From IMG/VR virus record IMGVR_UViG_3300049003_000010, positions 1 through 46,228 of that record: a stretch of DNA of 46,228 bases. The stretch is one strand, 5' to 3'. Both the position numbers and the translations under genes were made by a program. Shown here piece by piece: positions 37,836 through 45,171 of the stretch. Under the pieces are notes generated by a model. It saw only the letters and a list, made by a program, of their open reading frames with translations. It searched no databases and was not told the DNA's origin. Source of the DNA: a virus (lineage: Duplodnaviria > Caudoviricetes). The number at the start of each line of letters is the position of its first letter. Positions within the stretch are counted from its first letter, which is position 1.

Positions 37836-38095
37836 TCTTTCACCTCCCCTTTCGGTAGGTCGACTTGGTGAATCACGTCACCAGTCTTTGGACACGACCA
37901 TAGCTGGCGAAAGCAGTGCGCTAGAGACTCTACTGCCAACCCACACGTCATAGCCCCATGGCGTTGTTTGCACGAACGACACCACCATCCGTCCTCCACC
38001 TCCGCAGACATCGAAGGCGGTGTCCAGCTCGCTCCTTGGAACCTTCGCCGCTTCCTGAACTTCGGATTCCACCTCGGTGCCTCTCCCTCAGTCAT
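37832..38095 (-). CDS. Hypothetical zinc-binding protein
   Basis: WCRSCKQRH...WSCPKTG. Confidence 0.6.
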   Translation of the reverse strand: MTEGEAPRWNPKFRKRRRFQGASWTPPSMSAEVEDGWWCRSCKQRHGAMTCGLAVESLAHCFRQLWSCPKTGDVIHQVDLPKGEVKE

Positions 38096-38162
38096 TGTCG
38101 CCGTGGTCGCACATGCAGCTACATGGACTCCAGTGGTTACGGTGTGATGGGCACTGACACCT
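38088..38162 (-). other. Second copy of the Cys/His micro-protein motif (start codon unclear)
   Basis: CQCPSHRNHWSPCSCMCDHGDND*; AGG sits where ATG is expected, after an AAGGAG RBS. Confidence 0.5.
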
Positions 38163-38304
38163 TCTTCTCCTTGTAGTCCTTACAGGAGCAGACGCTGAGG
38201 TTGATCCCTGAGTCGCCATCCTTGGTGAAGTGGAAGCACGGCCTGATGTCGTCGCACTTCTCGTGCTCGACGAACTTGTGACCACACTCACACTCCTTCA
38301 GCAT
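38137..38304 (-). CDS. Small Cys/His-rich protein
   Basis: MLKECECGHKFVEH...PCFH...CSCKDY. Confidence 0.6.
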   Translation of the reverse strand: MLKECECGHKFVEHEKCDDIRPCFHFTKDGDSGINLSVCSCKDYKEKKVSVPITP

Positions 38305-38569
38305 CTGGAGTCTCTGGACTTCCGCCATCACCATTGAAGAATGCGTCGGCCGCTTCGACATCGATTACGTTCCTTCCACAAATGCATTGTTCGAGTGTTA
38401 GTCGCTTGGTGCGGATGTAGTAGTAGATGAGCTGCGGCTTCTTCCCCCTCAGTCTGGCGTACTCCCTAGGGCTAAGCTTGATAGCCCCATCAGCGTCTTC
38501 CCTCTCCATCTCGGCAACGATGTCATCCATGTTGCCTTCGAGGGTGCGCGGCTTATCGCTCTCGCTCAT
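38288..38569 (-). CDS. HTH-like DNA-binding protein, paralogue 4 (excisionase/MerR-type)
   Basis: LSPREYARLRGKKPQLIYYYIR...CICGRNVIDVEAA. Confidence 0.7.
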   Translation of the reverse strand: MSESDKPRTLEGNMDDIVAEMEREDADGAIKLSPREYARLRGKKPQLIYYYIRTKRLTLEQCICGRNVIDVEAADAFFNGDGGSPETPDAEGV

Positions 38570-38602
38570 GTCTTTATTCTATCTGGAAACTCGCGTACCC
38601 AA

Positions 38603-38845
38603 TCAACTCCCGAACACCACATGGAGGAAGTACATGAACCCACCGAACCAGCCCACGAGCACACCGAGCAAGAGAAGAACGACTCCGGCTCCCACTGCCC
38701 ACTCGATGATCTTCTGAGTAGAGTCTGAACTGCGGTCTAACCCGTTTAGACTCCTATGAGACTTGATACCCGAGGAGCTTGAACCTACTGGGGTTGGGGC
38801 TTCGTCACTCCTAAGTCTCTCTTGATCTTCGTCGTACAGGCTCAC
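38603..38845 (-). CDS. Membrane protein overlapping repeat copy B
   Basis: C-terminal hydrophobic helix; GTGA-coupled. Confidence 0.55.
   Translation of the reverse strand: MSLYDEDQERLRSDEAPTPVGSSSSGIKSHRSLNGLDRSSDSTQKIIEWAVGAGVVLLLLGVLVGWFGGFMYFLHVVFGS
38721..38818. repeat. Copy B of the 98-bp diverged inverted repeat
   Basis: Aligns to the reverse complement of 21177..21274. Confidence 0.85.
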
Positions 38846-39171
38846 TGTGGTGGAACCTCTCCACCCTGCTTCTCCTGGACCTGCTGAGCTTCGAGAGCCT
38901 TGTGAACTCTTTCGAACATCGTGTTGAAGGTCGGGTCGGGCTTCTTGTAGATCGACCTACCCGTTGCGATGGCGTAGGCCTGCTCGTTGACCTGCACACG
39001 ACTGTCGCCGTCGAGCTCGACCAGCCACTTGGTCTGATACCAAGGGCATGCCTCGTTCTCGCACTGCATGTCGACGAGCGTCCCACCTAGGATGGGTCGA
39101 CGATCGAGGACTGAGCCCTGCTGCTTGCACTCAGGGCAATCCTGTGCTTCCCTGAACGAGATGGTAGTCAT
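38842..39171 (-). CDS. Zinc-ribbon hypothetical protein
   Basis: CPEC...CENEACPW; ATGA-coupled. Confidence 0.7.
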   Translation of the reverse strand: MTTISFREAQDCPECKQQGSVLDRRPILGGTLVDMQCENEACPWYQTKWLVELDGDSRVQVNEQAYAIATGRSIYKKPDPTFNTMFERVHKALEAQQVQEKQGGEVPPQ

Positions 39172-39656
39172 GCCTTGCCTTCCCTCTCCATGAGGATGTC
39201 CATGATCGCTTCGTTGTCGGTGTTGACCTTGGTGACCATTCGAGTCAGGTCCTTCACCTGCTGCTCCAGCATGTCGACCTTGCTGTGCTTCTTGGCAGCG
39301 AGACCCTGCGTGCGGTTCATCTCCGAACGGAACAGCTCTTCGGTTGGCTCGGTAACGATCTCCCACTGACTGGAAGCGTTACCACCTCCCCGACGCCTCT
39401 GCCGAACGCATCCCATCCTCTTCAGTTCACGTGTTACTGAAGTGTAATAGGGAACGCTCAGGTGGAGTGAGGCGAACAGCTTGGTCAGGTAGCCCTCCCA
39501 GATCAGCTGGTGGTTCTCTTCGCGCTCTAGAGCTGTATCTCCTATCGGGACAAGCTTGGCTTCGGCTTCCATCTGCTTGTAGACGTTCTGACAGTGCTCG
39601 AACAGAGCAGGCAGCACGTCTGGCTCGGCGGCCTCTTCACTGGTGGCTGTAGTCAC
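39168..39656 (-). CDS. Winged-helix-like protein with a C-terminal coil
   Basis: LFASLHLSVPYYTSVTRELKRMGCVRQRRRGGGNASSQW fits a wHTH pattern. Confidence 0.6.
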   Translation of the reverse strand: MTTATSEEAAEPDVLPALFEHCQNVYKQMEAEAKLVPIGDTALEREENHQLIWEGYLTKLFASLHLSVPYYTSVTRELKRMGCVRQRRRGGGNASSQWEIVTEPTEELFRSEMNRTQGLAAKKHSKVDMLEQQVKDLTRMVTKVNTDNEAIMDILMEREGKA

Positions 39657-39870
39657 GGATGACCTCCAATAGGGCTTCTGCGATGTTGATGTCCTCCGAC
39701 ATACTTCCGGTTGCCAGTGTTAGTTCTTCCGGCGACTCCAACGTGCGGTCTTGCGTTGCTGCGACTGTTGCCTCCTTCAATCCACTGACGTGACACTCTA
39801 GTGCATCACGCAACACACCTGCTACCTCCTCTTCTTCCCTGTCTGGAAGGTCGAGGATCAGTATTGCCAT
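39637..39870 (-). CDS. Acidic hypothetical protein
   Basis: First gene after P3; GGGGGAG RBS. Confidence 0.65.
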   Translation of the reverse strand: MAILILDLPDREEEEVAGVLRDALECHVSGLKEATVAATQDRTLESPEELTLATGSMSEDINIAEALLEVIRDYSHQ

Positions 39871-39917
39871 GCTATGACTCCCCCTGTGGTACAGCGAACT
39901 CTTTGCTCGCTATTATA

Positions 39918-39947
39918 AGTATACAGTGTAACAATAGCACCTTTCAA
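39918..39947 (-). promoter_or_regulatory. Promoter P3
   Basis: TTGAAA-N18-TATACT. Confidence 0.8.
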
Positions 39948-39981
39948 GAGGGATCACAAGGCCTTTATTTTAGGCAGACGA

Positions 39982-40017
39982 AAGGCCCGCCGAGTACGGG
40001 GGAACTCGACGGGCCTT
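39982..40017 (-). terminator. Intrinsic terminator after HTH paralogue 3
   Basis: 14-bp stem (one G-U pair on the - strand) ending in TTTCGT. Confidence 0.7.
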
Positions 40018-40091
40018 CGCCCCTTACCCTACGCGAACTGGTTTCGGTTAGCCGCAGCCAGAGCCTCCATCATCAGACACGCGTTGGGAGG

Positions 40092-40661
40092 TCACTCCGC
40101 CTCTTCGGCGCTCTCCAGGGTGGAGGGGTCAGCCTCGCCCGTCTCGACGAGCGCCTGCTGGGACTGCTTGCCAGCGTTCTCCTTCTTGGTGGCCTTCTCG
40201 GCAGCATTGGCCTTACGACCAGCAGCCCGCTCGTTCTTCCGCTCCCACCACGCGACGGCCTCGTCGATGTTGAGAACCTTGCGGGTGACGCCGTTGCTGT
40301 CCTGCATCTCCTGGGTCTCCAGGCGGTCGTCCTTGGGGCTGTTCTTCATGTAGCTGTACACCATCTGCGGCTTGACGTCCTTGACGACGTTGCCCTCGCG
40401 GTCGGTGTGCAGCCCCTTCTCGCCGACGATCTTGGCGAAGCCGATCGGCGTGACGAAGCCCTCGGGCAGGTCGCCTCGCTTCGGAGCGGCCGGAGCCTTC
40501 TCCGGCTTGTCGGCAGTCGCCTCGGTGCCGTCGACCTCTTCGACGTCCGCGTCGGGCTCGACAGCCTCGACGTCCAGGTCGGTCTCGACGGCGTCGGCGA
40601 TGGGGGTGTCGGTGGTGGTCATGGTGTTCTCCTCCGGGTCTGAGTTACGCTTGCGTGCCAT
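40092..40661 (-). CDS. HTH-like DNA-binding protein, paralogue 3, with acidic N-terminus and basic C-terminal region
   Basis: VTPIGFAKIV...KPQMVYSYMK; has its own promoter and terminator; alternative start at 40622. Confidence 0.8.
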   Translation of the reverse strand: MARKRNSDPEENTMTTTDTPIADAVETDLDVEAVEPDADVEEVDGTEATADKPEKAPAAPKRGDLPEGFVTPIGFAKIVGEKGLHTDREGNVVKDVKPQMVYSYMKNSPKDDRLETQEMQDSNGVTRKVLNIDEAVAWWERKNERAAGRKANAAEKATKKENAGKQSQQALVETGEADPSTLESAEEAE

Positions 40662-40694
40662 TGCTTGATCCCTCCAGATCGTCTTGCTGCTATA

Positions 40695-40724
40695 AGTATA
40701 CAGCGGTCGCTATGACCCAAGCAA
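40695..40724 (-). promoter_or_regulatory. Promoter P4
   Basis: TTGCTT-N18-TATACT. Confidence 0.75.
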
Positions 40725-40755
40725 GGGGTTTACCTGGGAAACTTCAACATCCTTT

Positions 40756-40944
40756 CTAGGCTCTTGCGTCCAGACATAAGGGACACCTACGCCTGTTGTG
40801 ATCCTTGCCTGCGCGGTGTAGCGCCTCCTGTTCGAGTCGGTACTGCCTATCACCAGCTGCCGCGTAGATCCCATGCCCGCCACCATCGGTGTAGCCGCGT
40901 GCTTCCTCGCTGCGACGGTTGCTCGACTTCCCTGATGCACTCAT
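40756..40944 (-). CDS. Hypothetical protein
   Basis: Starts right after the upstream stop; ends RCPLC. Confidence 0.45.
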   Translation of the reverse strand: MSASGKSSNRRSEEARGYTDGGGHGIYAAAGDRQYRLEQEALHRAGKDHNRRRCPLCLDARA

Positions 40945-41184
40945 CTAGGCTCTCGCGTCCATGAAGCACTGCGAGTTGTCCACTACCATCCTCATGGCGA
41001 TGATGTTCTCGATGGGCAGAGACGTTGTACCGAACTCTGGCCTTCCTGAGAAGTCTAGATCATGAAAGTTCTCGTTCAGGCCTAGGTAGAGTGCCACTCC
41101 CTTCCTGGGGCGTCGTTGTGAGCTTAGCTGGTAGGTGATCTCGTACTTCTTCCCCTTATACAGATGCCCTACGTCGACAGGCAT
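40945..41184 (-). CDS. Hypothetical protein
   Basis: 79 aa; TGATG-coupled. Confidence 0.65.
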   Translation of the reverse strand: MPVDVGHLYKGKKYEITYQLSSQRRPRKGVALYLGLNENFHDLDFSGRPEFGTTSLPIENIIAMRMVVDNSQCFMDARA

Positions 41185-41528
41185 CAGACTGGATCCCTTC
41201 TGAGTACGCCGACCAGCTCGGAAGCGACTGAGTGGAGGTTGTCTGCAGCGTCCAGCATCCTCTCCCTTGCAGTCAGTAGCCTGTCCTTCTGTTCTGGTGA
41301 GAGGTAGTCGCCGTAGTTCTCTTCGGCGTCCATCATCTGAACCTTCACCTGTGCAGACAGTCGTGTCAGTGCGAGCTGACTGTTAACTGCGAAGGTGATG
41401 TAGCTCAGGCGTCCGGCTCGACTCTTTCGGTCTCGTAGGAGTAGATCCCGTCGGAGGTCAATCGGGTTGAGGGGGTCAACCACGGAGGCATCCCCTGTCC
41501 CTGCATCGGGTGATCCCTGTTCTGCCAT
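41184..41528 (-). CDS. Hypothetical helical protein (start uncertain)
   Basis: AGGAGG before ATG 41528. Confidence 0.5.
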   Translation of the reverse strand: MAEQGSPDAGTGDASVVDPLNPIDLRRDLLLRDRKSRAGRLSYITFAVNSQLALTRLSAQVKVQMMDAEENYGDYLSPEQKDRLLTARERMLDAADNLHSVASELVGVLRRDPV

Positions 41529-41722
41529 TCCTGCATCCTCCTCATGTGGTTCTTCTGCAGCAGGTACAATGGTGTCCCTGCCGCAATGAGCAGTAAGAAG
41601 CCTACCGGACTGAATACAATCGTCGCACACAATGCGAGACCCGCCGCTGCCAGTGGCATCCCCACTACGTAGCATCCGATAAGCTTCTTCCCGTATCCCT
41701 GGTCTACGAACTTCTCGTTCAC
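41405..41722 (-). CDS. Two-TM membrane protein
   Basis: GMPLAAAGLALCATIVFSPVGFLLLIAAG. Confidence 0.6.
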   Translation of the reverse strand: MNEKFVDQGYGKKLIGCYVVGMPLAAAGLALCATIVFSPVGFLLLIAAGTPLYLLQKNHMRRMQEWQNRDHPMQGQGMPPWLTPSTRLTSDGIYSYETERVEPDA

Positions 41723-41880
41723 GACTCTCCTGTCACGGACTTCTGAAGGTTAGACTTCGCGATAGCCCATGCATCGTTGGCCTTGACCTCCTCCGTCCTA
41801 TCGTAGGGGTCGATGCCGGTCTCCTGCATGATCAGGTTGAAGACATGGTGCCCCTCGTCTAGTGGGATTGCTTCTGTCAT
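41719..41880 (-). CDS. Hypothetical protein (53 aa, not in ORF track)
   Basis: MTEAIPLDEGHHVFNLIMQETGIDPYD...; coupled on both sides. Confidence 0.55.
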   Translation of the reverse strand: MTEAIPLDEGHHVFNLIMQETGIDPYDRTEEVKANDAWAIAKSNLQKSVTGES

Positions 41881-41940
41881 AGTTCACCCTTCAGCCAGAG
41901 GTAGTCCATAAGCGGATCGCCTCCACCTGGGCGTTCGACC

Positions 41941-42063
41941 TCAGTCGTCCTCTTCCAGGAGCTCTTCGAGGGTGTCGATGTCGTCGTCTCCGCTTCGGTC
42001 GTCTTTGTCGGCTTCTTCGGCTCGCTCACGTTCCCTCCCATCGTAGTAGTCCATGAAGCTCAC
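41941..42063 (-). CDS. Very acidic 40-aa protein (not in ORF track)
   Basis: MSFMDYYDGRERERAEEADKDDRSGDDDIDTLEELLEEDD; GTGA-coupled. Confidence 0.45.
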   Translation of the reverse strand: MSFMDYYDGRERERAEEADKDDRSGDDDIDTLEELLEEDD

Positions 42064-42302
42064 GATGCTGCCTCCTCTTCGGTTGCGGACTCGACGATCA
42101 CCACCGTGATGGCACTCTTCGTCTCCTGGTCAACCAGGGTCAGACTGTTTTCGAAGCCTGGGTGGAAGTCCTCCATCACTACGAAGTTAGAGCCTGCCAG
42201 TAGCTCGATGAACTTGGCCGTTGCCGGAACGGCTTCCGGCTCCTTCACGTCGTACCCGAAGTCGTTCTTCAACGGAGCCTCCACACTCGTCGGACGCGCC
42301 AC
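42060..42302 (-). CDS. Hypothetical protein
   Basis: GTG at 42302; acidic 80 aa. Confidence 0.6.
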   Translation of the reverse strand: MARPTSVEAPLKNDFGYDVKEPEAVPATAKFIELLAGSNFVVMEDFHPGFENSLTLVDQETKSAITVVIVESATEEEAAS

Positions 42303-42442
42303 TGCACATCGCCCTTGGTTGGTAGTAGCAGTCGTAGCAGCTGCGCTCGCAGCCACGTTCCTACCTCGATGGTGCGGTTGGACAGCCACCACCGCTGACC
42401 TACACGAAAGCGGTAGCCGTCGACCTGGTAGGTCTTCTTCAT
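42269..42442 (-). CDS. Hypothetical basic protein
   Basis: ATGA-coupled; Trp/Arg-rich. Confidence 0.5.
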   Translation of the reverse strand: MKKTYQVDGYRFRVGQRWWLSNRTIEVGTWLRAQLLRLLLPTKGDVQWRVRRVWRLR

Positions 42443-42894
42443 CTGTTCGACTCTCCCATCACTGGTTGTGAAGTCAGACCCGTCGGCGTACGCTCGGCGA
42501 AGTCCTTGCCCCATCGGAACTTCTGTGAGGCCACCATCTGTGCGAAGATCTGACTGTTCAGTTGTGCGAGCAGCTCCCAGTACAGCTGGTAGCGAGGGTC
42601 GTCTTCCGTGATGAAGTCCGGGAAGATGTCCTTCTTCTCTTCCGGCGTCATGTTGACGACATCGGCGAGCGTCAGGTCTTCCTCGTCCATCTGCATGTGG
42701 TAGAAGTCACGCCTGTCGGTCTCGTCACCTCCGATCATCGTCTTCGGGTGGAGTCCCATCGATCGAAACACCAGCCTGTTGCAGGCACCGATGAAGTCTG
42801 GGTGATCCATCAGCACTTCGAGACACTGTGACGCCAGCAGTGCGACTGGGTCGTCCAGCTGCTCGATCTGGTCGGGCTGGATGTTGATCGGCAT
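42439..42894 (-). CDS. Acidic hypothetical protein
   Basis: GGAGGG RBS; 151 aa. Confidence 0.7.
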   Translation of the reverse strand: MPINIQPDQIEQLDDPVALLASQCLEVLMDHPDFIGACNRLVFRSMGLHPKTMIGGDETDRRDFYHMQMDEEDLTLADVVNMTPEEKKDIFPDFITEDDPRYQLYWELLAQLNSQIFAQMVASQKFRWGKDFAERTPTGLTSQPVMGESNR

Positions 42895-42895
42895 G

Positions 42896-43063
42896 TCAGT
42901 TCCCTCCACCAGTCAGACCCTGCAGCATCAGGTCGTCTTCGACCACCTTGCGAGTGATCCCGGAGCTCTGCCCCTGCTTCTCGTGGTCCGAGACCTTGTT
43001 GCGCAGTCGTGCGGCCTTACGGCGAGCGTCCTTGCGACGTCGGTCGTTGCGGTTCTTGGCCAT
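42896..43063 (-). CDS. Small basic protein
   Basis: GGGAG RBS; MAKNRNDRRRKDARRK. Confidence 0.6.
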   Translation of the reverse strand: MAKNRNDRRRKDARRKAARLRNKVSDHEKQGQSSGITRKVVEDDLMLQGLTGGGN

Positions 43064-43064
43064 G

Positions 43065-43343
43065 TCAGTTCTTCTCCCACTTCGCACTGGTCTTCTTGCT
43101 GGCGGACTTCTTCTGGTCGGCAACCATCTTGTCGACCCGCTTCTGGGTCTCCTTGACCTTTTCCAGCTCGGAAGCCTTCAGGTGTTGGTCATGAGCACGA
43201 GCCTGCACGATGGGGTCTTCTGCCCGTCGAGCGGAACGCTCTTCACGAGCCTTGATCCACCCAGGGCTGCGGTGAGGACGCCTGGGCTGCTTGGTGCGCT
43301 CCTTCGGCAGACCCTCGCGGTAGATCTTGTTCGAACCGTTCAT
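43065..43343 (-). CDS. Basic hypothetical protein
   Basis: AAGGAG RBS; 92 aa, K/R-rich. Confidence 0.65.
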   Translation of the reverse strand: MNGSNKIYREGLPKERTKQPRRPHRSPGWIKAREERSARRAEDPIVQARAHDQHLKASELEKVKETQKRVDKMVADQKKSASKKTSAKWEKN

Positions 43344-43382
43344 TGTGACTCCTTGTCTCAGGACGTCGATCCGATTGAACCG

Positions 43383-43423
43383 ACACGAATGTACTAGTTT
43401 GTGAGGACTAGTACAAACGTGTT
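43383..43423 (-). terminator. Intergenic stem-loop
   Basis: ACACG-AA-TGTACTAGT / ACTAGTACA-AA-CGTGT. Confidence 0.5.
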
Positions 43424-43426
43424 GCC

Positions 43427-43726
43427 TCAGTCAGTCGGTGGTGCTACTGGCGGGATGGTCGGTGTGACTGGCACTTCGATGACCTTGCCTTCTGGGTTAG
43501 GCCCAGTCATCCATCCATCTGGATCGGGCGTTGTCGTGCTTTCCTTTGGGGAAACGCCCTCACCCGCCTGCGGCGCAGGAACCACAGGCTGGTTGATGGT
43601 TGTGCCAGTGTTGGGGTCGGTGTTGGGGATAGCACCTGGGTCTACGGGCGCTGCTGGCACATCTGTCACTGTTGCCTGCTCCACTTCTGCTAGCTGGACG
43701 TACGCTGCTACGATCTCTGCGAACAT
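43427..43726 (-). CDS. Pro/Thr-rich hypothetical protein
   Basis: AAGGAG RBS; low complexity. Confidence 0.6.
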   Translation of the reverse strand: MFAEIVAAYVQLAEVEQATVTDVPAAPVDPGAIPNTDPNTGTTINQPVVPAPQAGEGVSPKESTTTPDPDGWMTGPNPEGKVIEVPVTPTIPPVAPPTD

Positions 43727-43727
43727 G

Positions 43728-43841
43728 TTAGACGGGTCTCCTTGTGGGCTGCTTGGGTGGCACTGGGGCTGGCGCCGGCACAGGTACTCCTCTCCCTGGT
43801 GGCACCTCTCCTGGTTCGTATGTTGCTTCTTCGTTGGCCAT
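43728..43841 (-). CDS. Leaderless Pro-rich peptide (37 aa, not in ORF track)
   Basis: ATG 6 nt after the P5 -10 box; MANEEATYEPGEVPPGRGVPVPAPAPVPPKQPTRRPV. Confidence 0.55.
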   Translation of the reverse strand: MANEEATYEPGEVPPGRGVPVPAPAPVPPKQPTRRPV

Positions 43842-43847
43842 GTTACT

Positions 43848-43877
43848 ATTGTATAACAACCTCCTAGGACATTGCAA
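43848..43877 (-). promoter_or_regulatory. Promoter P5
   Basis: TTGCAA-N18-TACAAT. Confidence 0.75.
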
Positions 43878-43891
43878 CGGGTACTTTGTTG

Positions 43892-44143
43892 TCAGTCGAA
43901 CGGCACGTGGGTTAGCGTGCTCTCGTCCACCAGATCGACTAGTGTGTACTCCTCGAAGAAGGCCTGCACAACGCTCCCGTAGTTGTGGATCACGTACCCG
44001 GTCTTCTCGGTGCCTTCCACCATGTCGAAGACCATCACACGCTGGATGTGTCCGATCCTGAACATGAACTGGTGATCGACTTCGATGGTCTGATGCGGCT
44101 TGAGCATCTCCACCGGTGTAGCGATCCTGCCTCGCTTGGCCAT
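43892..44143 (-). CDS. Hypothetical protein
   Basis: TGATG-coupled; 83 aa. Confidence 0.65.
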   Translation of the reverse strand: MAKRGRIATPVEMLKPHQTIEVDHQFMFRIGHIQRVMVFDMVEGTEKTGYVIHNYGSVVQAFFEEYTLVDLVDESTLTHVPFD

Positions 44144-44532
44144 CACTCCTCGCCCTCCCAGATCCAGCTCATGTTGCTGACGTGCACATCGGTGATGATC
44201 GCCCTGATGTACAGGTTGTGCTTGGGGTCGTTCATGATCTTGCTCAAGGTACCAACGTTGTTGCGCTCCCATCCCTCCGGCATGTTGCGGTCGATGTTGT
44301 ACCAGCCCGTCGACCAGAGCTCACCGCTGTGGTCGGCTCGCAGGTACACCCAGTTGCTGGCGTGCAGCCCTGTCTCGGTGGTGTTGTGGTAGTCGTACAT
44401 CGCTTCGCTGATCAGCTCCGTCAACACCTCGCTCAGGTCGCGGTCCTCGCCGAACTCCTTCGTCAGCGTGTCTTCGGTGCCATCGGGCACGTGCACCCTA
44501 TACATCATCGTCACTTCGTACTTGTCGGTCAT
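44143..44532 (-). CDS. Hypothetical protein
   Basis: GGGAGG RBS; 129 aa. Confidence 0.7.
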   Translation of the reverse strand: MTDKYEVTMMYRVHVPDGTEDTLTKEFGEDRDLSEVLTELISEAMYDYHNTTETGLHASNWVYLRADHSGELWSTGWYNIDRNMPEGWERNNVGTLSKIMNDPKHNLYIRAIITDVHVSNMSWIWEGEE

Positions 44533-44537
44533 GGCGG

Positions 44538-44765
44538 TTAGGCCTCCCTGCCTGTGGTGGGGTGAAGCAGCCAGACCCTGTCGTTCGACATGGTCTTCAG
44601 GTGTCCGTCGTCCGTACGCACATCGAACCAGTAGTTCGTCATGCCGTGATCCTGGTGCAGCCCAGCTGAGAGGTCGATCGTGACTGGAACGAGGTCGTAG
44701 TCCCAGACACGCATACCGTCTTCGATCCGACGCTGGTCGATGGTGTACATCGTGGGTAGGGGCAT
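44538..44765 (-). CDS. Hypothetical protein
   Basis: AAAGGAG RBS; GMRVWDYD...WFDV. Confidence 0.7.
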   Translation of the reverse strand: MPLPTMYTIDQRRIEDGMRVWDYDLVPVTIDLSAGLHQDHGMTNYWFDVRTDDGHLKTMSNDRVWLLHPTTGREA

Positions 44766-44820
44766 GTCGCTCCTTTCGGTTCTGATGAAAGTGTGGTCTT
44801 GTAACACGGTGGTACAAGGC

Positions 44821-44861
44821 CCTGCTGAACCTACAACCTCGTACGAAGTAGGTTCAGCAGG
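44821..44861 (-). terminator. Stem-loop downstream of HTH paralogue 2
   Basis: Perfect 14-bp stem CCTGCTGAACCTAC/GTAGGTTCAGCAGG. Confidence 0.6.
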
Positions 44862-44886
44862 ACGTTGAGCCACCCGTTGGTGTTTG

Positions 44887-45171
44887 TTACTCGGACTCGG
44901 TGGTGTCCTCGGTGGGGTTCAGCTCCGCCTTGACCTTCTCGGCGGCCTTGGCCTCCTTGGCGGCCTTCCGCTCGATGTACTGGGCGGTCCAGGTTGTGGC
45001 GTACTCGGCGGTCAGCGGCTTCTCGTCGGTGCCGATCAGCCCCTTGTTCTTGTACGTGTAGAACATCTGGGCAGGCAGCTCCTTGAAGCCACCCTCCTTG
45101 AGGGCCTCGTTCACGATCTTCGCGAAGCCGTACGCGGTGACGGTGGTGCTGGTGGTCTTGGTGCTGGCCAT
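44887..45171 (-). CDS. HTH-like DNA-binding protein, paralogue 2
   Basis: AAGGAG RBS; VTAYGFAKIVN...LPAQMFYTY. Confidence 0.75.
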   Translation of the reverse strand: MASTKTTSTTVTAYGFAKIVNEALKEGGFKELPAQMFYTYKNKGLIGTDEKPLTAEYATTWTAQYIERKAAKEAKAAEKVKAELNPTEDTTESE

